A DNA stretch of 64,000 nt from the human T2T-CHM13v2.0 reference genome, Homo sapiens: the NCBI RefSeq assembly GCF_009914755.1, contig NC_060947.1; one strand, written 5' to 3'. Shown one piece after another: positions 51,410 through 64,000 of this stretch. Made by a program: the position numbers and the translations under genes. A model generated the notes under the pieces. It saw only the letters and a program-made list of their open reading frames with translations, was not told the DNA's origin and searched no databases. Position 1 is the stretch's first letter. Every line of letters begins with the position of its first letter.

Positions 51410-51705
51410 GAAGTGACCTTATGGGTAATCAAGTTAAAATCATCAGAGTGGACCATTATCCAATATGAGTCATGTCCTTATAAGAACATAACAAGGAAAT
51501 TGGGGCACAGATGATACACCCAGAGGGAAGATGATGTGAAGAGGCACAGGGAGAAGACGGCCATCTACAAGCCAAGGAGAGAGTCTTGGAACACATCCTG
51601 CTCTCACAGACCCCGGAAGGAACCCACCTTGCCAATTAACCTGGATCCACTTCAGTTGTTGAAGCCCCCAAGTCTGTGGTATTTTGTTATGGCAACTGGA
51701 ACAAA
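51410..51705 (+). mobile_element. MLT1A/B-like LTR fragment
   Basis: gaagatgatgtgaagaggcacagggagaagacggccatctacaagccaaggagagag...cagtctgtggtattttgttatggca. Confidence 0.75.
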
Positions 51706-52024
51706 TCCATCCACTCCCAAATCTGAGTGAATCCCAATTTTCAGCTCTGTCCACTCTGGTGTTTCACTCATCTATTAAGATTTTATTTCAATGAGCATTT
51801 TTACTTTCTAAGATTTCACCTTGGCGTTTCTTATCTGCCTATCTTTGTTCTGTGACCTCCCAATTTTCTTCTATGGGTGCTAGTCCTCCTTTCTTTCTTT
51901 GGAATTTCCCAGGACTCTCTTTCAGGGCACTGGACTCGTGGTGTGTTTTATGCTTGCAGTCTGAGAGTTTGTCCTCAGAGGGAGAGATTTTCCACTGGGG
52001 TCCTGAGCATGCCTGGGTGGTGTG

Positions 52025-52634
52025 GTAGTCCCCTGCTTATCTGCAGTTTCACTCTCCACAGTTTCAGTTACCCGTGGCCAACCTCGGCCCAAAAATATTA
52101 AGTGGAAACTTCCAGAAATAAACAATTCAATTAAATAAACCATTTTAAATGGCGCCCCCTTCTGAGTAGCGTGATGAAACCTCAAGCCTGCTCCATCCTA
52201 CCCGAAGCGTGAGTCCTCCCTTTTATCCAGCCATAATTTCTGCAGCTTCAAAAACTAGCACAAATTTCTTATTCCTTCTTCACAGTTTCATGGATGGAAG
52301 ATTTGTTCTTACTGCAGCTCTTAGCAACCTCAACGTGTATTTTAGGGCCATTATTAAGTAAAAGAAAACACAAGCACTGTGATACCGGGAGAGTCATTCT
52401 GAGAACCAAGGTGGCTACTAAGTGGCTAATTGGCAGGGAGGCATTGACAGCGTGGAGCCACTGTACAAAGGGAGGATTCACAGGCTGGACAGGACGGAAC
52501 AAGACTTTATCATGCTACTCAGAGGGGTGCACAATTTAAAACTTTTAATTATTTCTGGAATTTTTCATTTAATATATTTGGACCACAAGTCACTGAAACC
52601 ACAGAAAGTAAAACAGAGGAGAAGAAGAGACTAC
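52025..52634. mobile_element. Tigger4/Zombi-type non-autonomous DNA transposon
   Basis: Long imperfect terminal inverted repeats: gtagtccc..ttatctgcagtttc..aaaatattaagtggaaacttccagaaataa / ttatttctggaatttttcatttaatat..gactac. Confidence 0.75.
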
Positions 52635-52639
52635 CGCCT

Positions 52640-52990
52640 TTGGGAAAAGGGTCTTTGCAGATATAATTAAGGTAGAGATGTCGAAAGTAGGTCATTCTGG
52701 ATTAGCGTGAGCCCTAATTCAATGACAAGGGGCCTTGTAAGTGACAGAAGAAGAGAAAGACATACAGCAGAGGCTGGAGTGAGGCAGCCATCAAGCTCAG
52801 GATGCCTGGAGCCTTCTGGAGCTGGGAGAGGCAGGAAGGAGCCTTCCCTAGAGCCTCTGGGGGGAGTGTGGCCCTGAGACACCTGGATTTTGAACTTCTG
52901 GCCTCTAGGACTGGGAGAGGATCCACTTTCTCTGTTGTGAGCCACCCAGTTTATGATGCTTTGTTCTGGCAGCCACAGGACACTAAAGCC
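52640..52990 (+). mobile_element. MLT1C-like LTR
   Basis: gggtctttgcagatataattaagg...ggaaggagccttccctagagcct...ctggcctctaggactgggagag. Confidence 0.75.
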
Positions 52991-54059
52991 CATAGTGTAC
53001 CAGGCAGAGTGGGATGTCTACTTGCCAGAGCAGCCCAGCCCAGTGAGAACTTTGGGTAGGGAGAAAGGCTGATACTATGAGGAAGGCTGCCTGCAAGAGG
53101 TAGAATCAGGCCAGATCCTGAAGGAAATGAAGGCTTTGATCAAAGAAGCATGAGCAAATGCTGAGATAGGCAAGGATGGCATGTGTCCAAGGCACATACG
53201 TGTGTCACCCTGGTGGCTTCTGTGCACACAAAGGAGGGGGCAGGTGAGGCTGTGGAGGAGTCAGGCCAGCTCTGCCACCCCTGGAAAGCATGGCCCTCTG
53301 GAAGCGTGCCCCGTTCCCCAGGGTGGCTTTAAGCCCAAGAGGGCAGATACGGCTTGCAGCGTCCAGGGCTCTCAGTGGCTGCAGGCAGAGGGGTTTGGAG
53401 ACTCTGGCCTGCCAGGCAAGCTGGGAGAAGGCAGTTGGGGTGGTCCAGAGGAGAGAGGGCCAGCCCAGTCAGGAGACCTGTGGCAGAGTCAAGTCAGCCA
53501 GGTGGCTGGAGAGGAGGTGGGAAAGAGATCCTCAGGCCTGAGCCACCTGGCCTGGGGAGTGCACACAGCCCTTTGGAGACCAAGGAGTGGCCTTGATTTC
53601 ATATTGAAGCCAACATGGCTTAATGTGTGCTCATACAAAATAAGCAGAGAAAGCAAATGAAACAGGAAACAGGACAGTTATGAGAGCGCTCCCTCAACCC
53701 CTAACTGGCTGGGCCCCAGGGTAGTTCCTGATGGACAGATCCCTCTGCCATGTCACCCCTCTAGGCAGCTGTAGCAGGCCTTGCCCTCCGTGGGCTCCAA
53801 TTTGGATTCAGTGGTTCCCAGCTGGGCCAGGGCCTTTCCAATCCTTCCTGTTCCCAAATAAGCATAATTAAGTCCTGGATACATGGGACTCGGCTGTTAC
53901 AGGGATTAAAGCCTCTAGGCTTAGTTCTGACATTCCATTCAGATTGTGCTGTAGATCCCTGCAGAGAGCAGAATCTTCCAGAGGGGAAAACTCACCCCTG
54001 GCTGTGCTCTCAGGCTTCTGTCCCTCATGTAAGGCTCAGGGTCCATGTGGCCAAGTCCA

Positions 54060-55570
54060 CTGGACATGCAATGGCCTCCAAAAGATGTCCACGTCCTCAT
54101 CCCTGGAACCTGTGAATGTGACCTTATATGGCAAAAAGAGACTTTGCAGATGGGATTTAGTTAAGGGCCTTGAGATGAGGAGATGAGTGTGGATTTTCTG
54201 GGTGGATTATCTAGGTGGACCAAACATAGTCACACACATCCTTAAAAAGAGAGAAGACTAAGTGATGGAACACAGAGAGGTTGGAAGGTGCTGCTGGCTT
54301 TAAAGACAGAGGGAACAGTCAACAAAGTGAAGAGACAACCCACAGAATGGGAGAAAATATTTGCAATACATAAGGATCTCAAAAAACTCTACAGGAAAAA
54401 AATCTAATAATCTAATCAAAAACAGGCAAAAGATTTGAATAGACATCTCACAAAGGAAAATATAAAATGACACACAGGCATATGAAAAGATGTCAACATC
54501 GTTAATCATCAGGGGAATGCAAATCAAAACTACAATGTGATATTACCTCACCCCAGTTAAAATGGCTTATATCCAAAAGACAGGCAATAACAAATGCTGA
54601 TAAGAATGTAGAGGAAAGTACACTGTTCATACGCTGTTGGTGGGAGTGTAAATTAGTACAACCACTATGGAGAATAGTTTGGGGTTTCCTCCAAAAAACG
54701 AAAAATTGAGCTACCATACGATCCAGCAATCCTACTGCTGGGTATATACCCACAAGAAAGGAAATCAGTATATCGAAGAGATGTCTGCACACCCATGTTC
54801 ATGGCAGCACTGTTCACAATAGCCAAAATTTGCTAGCAACCTAAGTGTCCATCAACACAAAAGAATGGATAAAGAAAATGTGGTACGCATACACAATGGA
54901 GTACTATTCAGCCATAAAAACGAATGAGATCCTGTCATTTGCAACTACATGGATGGAACTGGAGGTCATTATGTTAGGTGAAATAAGCCAGGTACAGAAA
55001 GACAAACATCACATGTTCTCACTTACTTGTGGGATCTAAAAATCAAAACAATTGAACTCATGGAGGTAGAGAGTAGCAGGATGGCTACCAGAGGCTGGGA
55101 AGGGTCAGTGAGGGGCTGGAGGGGGAGGTGGGGATGGTTAATGGGTACCAAAAATAGAAAGAATAAATAAGACCTACTATTTGCTAGGACAATAGGGTGA
55201 CTATAGTCAATAATAACTTAATCGTACATTTTAAAATAACTTAGAGTGTAATTGGATTGTTTATAACTCAAAGGATAAATGTTTGAGGGGATGGATACCC
55301 CATTCTCCATGATGTGCTTATTTCACATTGCATGCTTGTATCAAAACATCTCATGTACCCCATAAATATATACACCTACTACGTATGTACCCACAAAAAT
55401 TGTTTTAATTATGGAGGAAGTGTCCGTGAGCTAAGGAATTCGGCTGGAGGTGCTGGAGGTGTGAACTGGAGAAGGTGTGAACAGGATTCTCCCCTGGAGC
55501 CTCCTGAGAGGGTGTGGCCCTGCTGGCATCTTAACTGTGGCCTAGTGAAACTGATTTGGGACTTCTGCTC
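54060..55570 (+). mobile_element. MLT1D-like LTR split by an L1 insertion
   Basis: aatggcctccaaaagatgtccacgtcctcatccctggaacctgtgaatg (5' half) and caggattctcccctggagcctcc (3' half after 55410). Confidence 0.7.
54311..55410 (+). mobile_element. 5'-truncated L1MA-type element
   Basis: aacaaagtgaagagacaacccacagaatgggag...gatggataccccattctccatgatgtg...atatacacctac. Confidence 0.85.
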
Positions 55571-55792
55571 CCACCACAGCCCCCTGTATGAGCTTAGGGC
55601 CCTTCACTGCACAGACTTCTTCTCAGGTCCTGGGAGGGGTCCCAGAGATTTTGTATTTGTAATTTTATATTCTTTTCCTTAAAGAGGTCCCTCCAAATTC
55701 ATAAACTTTAGGCTCCATAAACTGTGGATCCACCCCTACCCTGCCTAAACCACCCACCAGCAAATGGAATGAGACCCCCACAGGAGGCTTCC

Positions 55793-56340
55793 AGTGGTAG
55801 GCAGAATTCTAAGATAGCCCCCAGTTCCCCATCCCCTGGGGTACAAGTCCAATGTGACACCCCAGGTGGTGAATCTGAGGGACCATCACCCCTATGATCG
55901 GGTTATGGTACATGGCACAGGTGACTTTAAGAAAGGGAAGCTCTCTTCAGTAGGCCTGACCTAATCACATGAGCCCTGGAAATCTGGGTCTAGAGGCCAG
56001 AGACAGAGAAGTCGGGGAGTCCAGGCGTGAAAGGGGTTGAATGAGACAACAGCTCTTCTGCCGGCTTTGAAGATGGGGAAGCCCAGAGCGGCCCCTGTTG
56101 ACAGCCAGCAAGGAATGGGACCTCAGTCCGATAGCCACAAGGAGCTGAATTTGGCCAAGAACCTTCATGAACTTGGAAGTGGGTTATTCCCCAGAGCCTC
56201 CAGATAGGAGTGCAGCCTGTGAGACCCTGAGCCTCAGACCCAGCCACTTCATGCCCAGAGCTTCTGACCCACAGAAAGGAGTGTTCGTGACAGCTGCTAA
56301 GTTTGCGGTAATCACTCCCACAGCAATGCCTAACTAATCC
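55793..56340 (+). mobile_element. MLT1E/F-like LTR
   Basis: gtggtaggcagaattctaagatagcccc...gacagccagcaaggaatgggacctcagtcc...gctgctaagtttgcggtaat. Confidence 0.7.
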
Positions 56341-57674
56341 CCTTACAATGGCAATTCGGCCCCTGGCGGGAGGGCTGAGCATGTGACCCCAAGATAGGGG
56401 CCCTGCCAGCAAGGGTGACACAGGGTGGGGTAAGCAGCTACCCCAAATGCAGATGGGACCCCTGCAGATTATAGTGCAAATGTCCCTTCCTCCAGGGACT
56501 CTTCTCTGCCCTTTCTCCTCCTAGATGACACCAGAACTCCTTTTCTGCTCTCAGAACACCTGGCATTCGCCTATACATCACTGTCACCACTTGTAGTTGT
56601 CACCTAACTGGGAAGTTACTTTTTAATGTCTAGACCACTGCCTCCACAAGGGCAGGAAGGCTGGCGGATCTTGGCTCACTGCTGTACCCCAGCACCCAGC
56701 ATAGTGCCTGCCCTGGCACACAGTGGGGACTCAGTGAATGGGGGTGGGGGATGGGTGCATTCGCTTTCATCCTCTGCCTGTAGGTCCTCAGTTGCGGTTT
56801 CATGGAGCGGCCACGTTGAAGGCAGGGGAACAAGGGGTGGCGGGAAGTGCTGAAGGGGCGGTTGAGGGGCAGTCCTGGAGTCTGCATGGTGAAGAAAGGA
56901 GGCCTGGAAGAGGTTGGGGCCAAGGTAGGCGGGGACAAGGGCTGTTGCTCTCTCCCATCAAGGTCACGGGGATGTAGAGGAAGGAAGAAGAGGCTTCCAT
57001 TGAGAAAGGGTGCTTGGGAGTGGGAGGTCGGTGGGCAGGTCCAGGGTGCACCCATGAGAGTGCGGGAGCAAGGGGGATAAACAACAGCAGGGACACTCCA
57101 GACAAGCATGACTAGATGGGGCAGGCCTAAAGGGGAGGAGTGCAGTGCCAGACGTGACATCGCAGGGCAGAGGGGGTGCGGCCCCTTCGCCTTCCCACTG
57201 TGGCACATGGGGCCATGGCCTTGGATGCATGCCAGCCTTGCCCAAGGCAGGAGGTGGAGGAGAAGGCAGACGCAAGGGCCAAGGGCAGGGGCACAGTGGG
57301 AGGCCTGGGGGAGGAGGAGAGCCCAGGCAAGAATGCAGGGCCGGGAGGGAGTAGTGGGGAGAAGACTGCTGAGTGCCCACCTCCAAGGGCCGGGAGGTAA
57401 GGTGGAGGGATCACTGGGGTCACCTGGATGCCGAGAGTGGGGTGTAGAGGGAGTTTTCCATCTCCTTGGCCAAACTCTGAGTTCTATGTCTGTGCCCTGA
57501 GCTCCTAACCCGGGGCCAGCCCAAGTGGGTGCTCCACGCATGGTTGTGTCATCAACACCTACTGCACAGAGGCAGAGGCTAAGGGCTGGGGTGCCTCGAG
57601 AACCCTCATGAAGCTCGTGGCCTCAAGAGAGAAAGAGATGGGCATCATGCCAGGAAAGAAGTGGGGCCTGAAGC

Positions 57675-57767
57675 AATCTTGCTGGTGACAGGAGCTCTGA
57701 GGATAGCAGGGATCTGTCACAAATCTTGCTGGTGACAGGAGCTCTGAGATAGCAGGGATCTGTCACA
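57675..57767. repeat. Tandem duplication, 47 + 46 bp
   Basis: aatcttgctggtgacaggagctctgag(g)atagcagggatctgtcaca twice. Confidence 0.93.
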
Positions 57768-60019
57768 AGCTCTAACACGTCAGAGCCACTCGTGACACTC
57801 ACCAATGTGAGCCTCTGTTTCCTAACATGTCCAACCATTTCCATCCTGCCTGCTGCACGAGGCCGTGGCCCATGTGCCCCTCTTCTGTAGAACGCTCTCT
57901 TGCCTCGCTCAGGTTTCAGATTCAGGGTCACCTACTCAGAGCCCCTTCCTGGAGCCCAGCTGCCAGTCATCTTTGTCCTGCTGGGTCACTTCACAGTACT
58001 TCTCCCAGTCCGTTCTTTTTTGATGGCCACCTCCATGCGTCCCCTGGGCTCTCTGGAGCCACATCCACCCAGCTTACCAGTGTGTCCCAGGACCCAGCCC
58101 CCGAGGAATCAGCAAAGGGAATGGCTTGTAAGGAGGAAATGAAGTGAGGTGAGGAAAAGCGCCCAGCACTGCATCTGCTACAAAGCGCTTCTGGCATTTC
58201 CTTGAACCATGAGATGCAAACAGATTGTAAGTTTAGGAAAGAGGAAAGTTGGTAACCAAAGCAGTGGAGCTGAGAGGGTTTCCTGGCAGGCGGGCTGTAA
58301 TCCCTGGCCCGCATGGCCACGGAAGCTGCCTGCAGCCCTTCCTGGGCAGCCGTGCACAGACTGGCGGCCCCAGCCTAAGTCACAGGACTCTGAGTTAGAG
58401 CATGTTTCTGTTGGCCGAGCTGTCACCCAGGATAGCTGTCCTTGTCAGCACTGGCCATCCTCCCAGTTCTCAATCTCGAGGCCTCGGGGCTCTGCAATAG
58501 AAGCCACCAAAGCAGGTGGAAAAGAGGTCAGCTGACCTTCAAGGGGCCACTGAGGGCGGCCTTCAGGCCAGAGGGTGAGACAGAGGTGGCCTGTGAGGGC
58601 ACCAGGCACCCAATGGGGATGTGCGCTGGGCTATTTGAATCTTTTGACAAAATCTGTCACCTAGCTCCTCTGGGCATCAGCAGAAGGTGAGGGTGACCTC
58701 CCCAGGTGATCTCGGCCTCCTTTCTGGCTGGATACTGGTGACGTGAATACAATGCAGCTGGGCCCCCCAGAGACCCATCACCTGCCATTGTCTGGGAGGT
58801 GGACTTAAAACTGACTTTCAAGGCCTCAGACAGGCACCAAAGGCCTTTTCTCCTGGGAAGCAACAGTGGGGTTGGAGGAGTCCCAGGGGAGACGGTTCAG
58901 CTATTCACCTTCATGAAGACCTCACCCCACAGGCTGGAGGGCCCCAGTTCCTACTTCTCTCCTTCAGCCCAAGCCAGAGGCCTTGGGGACTCAGACCCAC
59001 AGACCGCATAATGGCCCCAAGCCCAAGCTTACTGAAATAGAGGAGGCCCTGCTGCCTCTCTCTGATTTCAGGGGGCCAGAGAAGAGAGGTGTGAGAGCTA
59101 GGGGGTCACCAACAGTTGATCTTGGGCTGAGAAATTAGGAAAAAGATCAAATCCTAAATGACAAGATTTTCTTCTAGAACTACCATTCGCCTTTCTTGGT
59201 CCACAGTGAGCTCAGATGGACTAGGAGCATCGCAGGGCTTGTTTATATAGGGAAATGCTCCTGGCGTGGATTTGTGGACTGAGCTAAACTCCTGAAGCCA
59301 GGGCAGGTGGAAAGGCTCCTGTCATGTGCACGTTTGTCTACCAGTGGCGCCATGTGCCTGGCTGGCTCTGGCTGGCCAGTTACATATGTTGAACTACCAG
59401 GGGCTCTGTGTCTTTTAAGGACATGATTCCAGATTCCACTGGAGTCAAACCTATTTCGTGGTGCAGAGTCGCTGGGCAACTAGCAATCTGCATGTGGTTT
59501 TCATCGCAAATCTCATCTCCCATGTCAGATGAGTAGTCTGCTGTTGCCGTGGTGAATCAGTATTATACTGTGACCTTGATTCTGGGCAGAAATGTACGTT
59601 GCCTTGACCATGATTACACAAAATACGTTGTCTAGGAAACAGCACAGTTCCGAGAACAGGAAGGGCTAGATAATTCTTGGCTTTGCTTGGAAGCCACACA
59701 GTGTTACCTTGTACCCAGCGGGGTCTCAGCTTTCCTTGGAGGCCCCTCTGCTGTCTCTGTGTGTGACACAGACAGAGAGGCAGGACAGAGCCAGGGACAG
59801 ACAGAAAGGGGGAAACATCAGAAAGTCACAGGCTAGGGTGAGCCTCTGCAGCTGCTGTGTGAGAGCTGCTGGGGAGGGGGCCAGGCTTCTGGCCTCTTGC
59901 CCAGTCTCTGTCACCCAATGCAGTTCCAGGACTGGGGAGGTGTGGCACTGTGGGAGGGCATCACCCACCTCTGGGAAATGTTGGTTGCCTGGCTCCATCT
60001 ATGGGAAGCTCTGCAAATA

Positions 60020-63000
60020 CATGCACCACAAACCCCCCAAATTCCCCACACACAAACACACACACCATACACCCCACACACACCACACATGAACACACAA
60101 ACACACCACACATGAACACACACACACACACCACACACACCACACATGAACACACAAACACACCACACATGAACACACACACCACACACACACCACACAT
60201 GAACACACACACACCACCACACAGATCACACACACCACACACATGAACACATAAACACATACACCACACATGAACACACACACGCCACACACCACACATG
60301 AACACACACACCACACATAAACACACAATCATGCCACACACCCCACACACATGAACACACACACCACACATAAACACACAATCATGCCACACACCCCACA
60401 CACATGAACACACACACCACACATAAACACACACCTTACACACATCACGCACACGAACACACAAACAGCCCAGGCACACCACACATGATCACACGCACAC
60501 CACATACAAACACATACACACCACACACATCACACGTGAACACACATATACCACACACACCACACATAAGCACACATACACCACACACACATCACACACA
60601 CCCCACACATGAGCACACAAACACCCCACACACCCCACACACATGAGCACACAAAACCCTCACACACCACACATGAACACACACACCACACACACACACC
60701 TCATACATCATACACACCCCATACATGAACACACAAACACCCCACACACGAGCACACACACCCCACACACACCACACATTAATACACACACACCCCACAC
60801 ATGAACACAAATACCTGACACCCCACACACGAACACACACACCCCACACACACCACACATACCACACATATATGAACACACACTACACACATCACATACA
60901 CTCCTCACACCCCACACACCACACATGAACATGCACACACATCACACACCACAGCACACATACACATGAACACAAACACCCCACACACACACCACACATG
61001 AACACACACACCACAAACCTCACACACATAAGCACACAACCCACACACACCACACACCCCACACACAAACACGCACCATACACACTCCATGAACACACAC
61101 ACCACACACCCCACACAGCCCCACACATGAACACACACACCACACACCATACACCCCACACCATACACCCCACACACATGAACACACACACCACAAACCC
61201 CAACATATGAGCACAAACCCCACATACACCACACATGAATACACACACTACACACCCCACATAGCCCCCCACACAAACACACACACCACACACACATCCC
61301 ACACACCACACTCATGAACACACACACCACACATCACACACACCACACATGAACACACACAAACCACACATATCACACCCTACACACACGCCACACATGA
61401 ACATGCACACTAAACACACACACAAGAACACACACACTACATACACCCCCGACATGAACACATCACATACCTCACACACCCCGCATGAACACACACACCA
61501 CAAACACCCCCCACGCCCCTACATGAACACACACACCACACGTGAACACACACACAACATGCCCCACACACATGAGCACACACACCACACATGAACACAC
61601 ACACGACACAGACCACACACCATACACCACATATGAACACACAAACCACACATGAACAAACACACCACACACCCTGCACACATGAACACAAACACCCCAC
61701 ACACCACACACCCCATACATGAACACACACCACACACCTTACACAGCCCTCACATGAACACACACACCACACTTGAACAAACACACCATACACGAAAATA
61801 CACCTCACACGACTCACACACATCACACACACCACACATGAATGCAAACACACCACACACGAACACACATACCACACCCCACACAAGACATATGAAGACA
61901 CACTGAATGCATGAACACACACACAGAACACACACCCTACACATGAACACAAACATCATACAACTCCCACACATGAACACACACACCCCACAACCCGCAC
62001 CCCTCACACAGCCCACACCACACACACACCACACACACCACACACACCCCACACACCACACACACCCCACATGAACACACACACCACACACAATCCCACA
62101 TGAACACACACAGACACCACACACAACCCCCACTTGAACACACCACACCACACCCATGAAAACACACCCCGCACAACCCACACACCACACATGAACACAA
62201 ATACACCACACACTAACACACATCACACACCACACACACGACACATGAACACATACACAACACACACCCTACACATGAACAAACACATTACACAACCCCC
62301 ACACATGAACACACATACCCCACACCACACAAACCATACATACACCACACATACCCCACATGGACACACATACCCCACATGAGCACACACACCCCACATG
62401 AACACACACACCAAATACACCTCACGTGAATACATACACCCCACACACCCCACACACCCCCACATGAACACACACATGAACACACACACCACAATGAACA
62501 CACACATTACGCATGAATACACACATCACACATGAACACACACCACATACACATCACACAAGAATACAAACACACCACACACAACACACACCACATACAC
62601 ATCACACAAGAATACAAACACACCACACACAACACATGAACACACACACCACACACCCCACGCTCACCCCATATGAACACACACAACACACAAACACCAC
62701 ACATGAACACACACATCACACACGCACCCATAGCACACACACTACCCACCCCCCACATGAACACACACACACCACATACCTCACACGCCCCACATGAACA
62801 CATACACCCTACACATGAACTCACACACCACACATGAACACACACACCACACAGACCACACACAGCACACACCACGTACATCCCACACATGAACACATGC
62901 CACACACCTCACATGAACACACACTACACACATCACACATGAACACACACCACATATGAACACACACACATCACACACACCACACATGAACACACACCAT

Positions 63001-64000
63001 ACACCACATACCACATGGACCACACACATGAACACACACCCCACACACCCCACATAAATACACCACACATGAACACACACACAGCACACATGAACACATA
63101 CACACTACATACACTCCCCACATGAACACACACACCCCCATATGAACACACATACCATATACCTCACATACCCCACATGAACACACCCTCCACATAGTCC
63201 CATATGAACACACACACCCTACACATGAACACGCACACACCACACATGAACACACACCCTGCACACCACACATGAACACATACACCCCACATGCCACACA
63301 TGAACACACACCACACACAGTTCCCTGCATGAACACACACACCACACACACCTCACTTGAACACACACACCACATACACCACACACGAAAACACACCCCA
63401 CACAACCCACACCACACATGAACACAAATACACCACACACAAACACACACATCACATAGACCACACACACACCCCCACACACCACACATGAAGACACACA
63501 CCCTACACATGAACACACATATCACACAACCTCCACACATGAACACACACACCCCACATGAACACATACACTACACACACCCCACATGCATCCCCACATG
63601 AAAACACACAACACACATGGAAAACACTCCACACAGCCAACACACACCACACATGAACACAAACACACCACATGTGAACACACATCACACCCCACACACA
63701 CCACACAGACCACACACACCCTACACACACTACACATGAACACACACAGACACACCCTACTCATGAACACACACATTACACAACCCCACACATGAAAACT
63801 CACACGCCCCACAGCCTGCACCCCCTATACAGCCCACACCACACACACACCACACACCCCACATACACCACACACACCCCACATGAACACACAAACCACA
63901 CATGAACACACACACCACACATGAATACACACACCACACATGAACACACAGATCACACACACACCACACATGAACACACACCACACACCCCACATGAACA
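60020..64000. repeat. Long degenerate CA-rich tandem array, continuing past the window end
   Basis: Recurrent core CACACCACACATGAACACACA; + strand almost entirely C and A. Confidence 0.95.

Noticed and set aside
56630-57541. 303-aa minus-strand ORF and overlapping ORFs
   Set aside because: Purine-skewed GC-rich sequence giving Pro/Leu-rich peptides; non-ATG start and no domain.
59897-63993. Many Cys/Val- or His/Thr-rich ORFs
   Set aside because: Direct artefacts of the CA/TG repeat.

Overview
This is eukaryotic DNA, primate and most likely human, as shown by Alu, THE1, L1PA/PB, MIR and L2 repeats. One intact protein-coding gene is supported: a + strand, 4-exon C2H2 zinc-finger gene that I recognise from memory as ZNF275 (Xq28). 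It has a CpG-island promoter at ~11.5-12.15 kb, coding exons 14209-14239, 23049-23150 and 24348-25504 (1290 nt, 429 aa, 11 fingers), and a ~5 kb 3'UTR ending near an L2-derived AATAAA at 30434. Intron 2 holds fossil exons of a lost KRAB module: a ZKSCAN-type linker exon with a frameshift and CAG>TAG, and a KRAB-A exon with an 18-nt deletion. Intron 1 holds a 27-bp motif present three times, two copies forming a 73-nt hairpin. Intron 3 holds a telomere-variant minisatellite, and the 3'UTR holds a U13 snoRNA retrocopy. The rest is mostly interspersed repeats: an internally deleted L1 nested in an older L1, a full THE1 provirus with nested LTR and Alu, MER4-like and MLT LTRs, Tigger elements and Alus. 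There are also two local inverted duplications and a CA-rich array of at least 4 kb running off the 3' end. Most ORF-track entries are noise. Repeat subfamily names come from recalled consensus sequences and need RepeatMasker/Dfam confirmation. I cannot demonstrate a new biological system from sequence alone; the best candidates are given as testable hypotheses.
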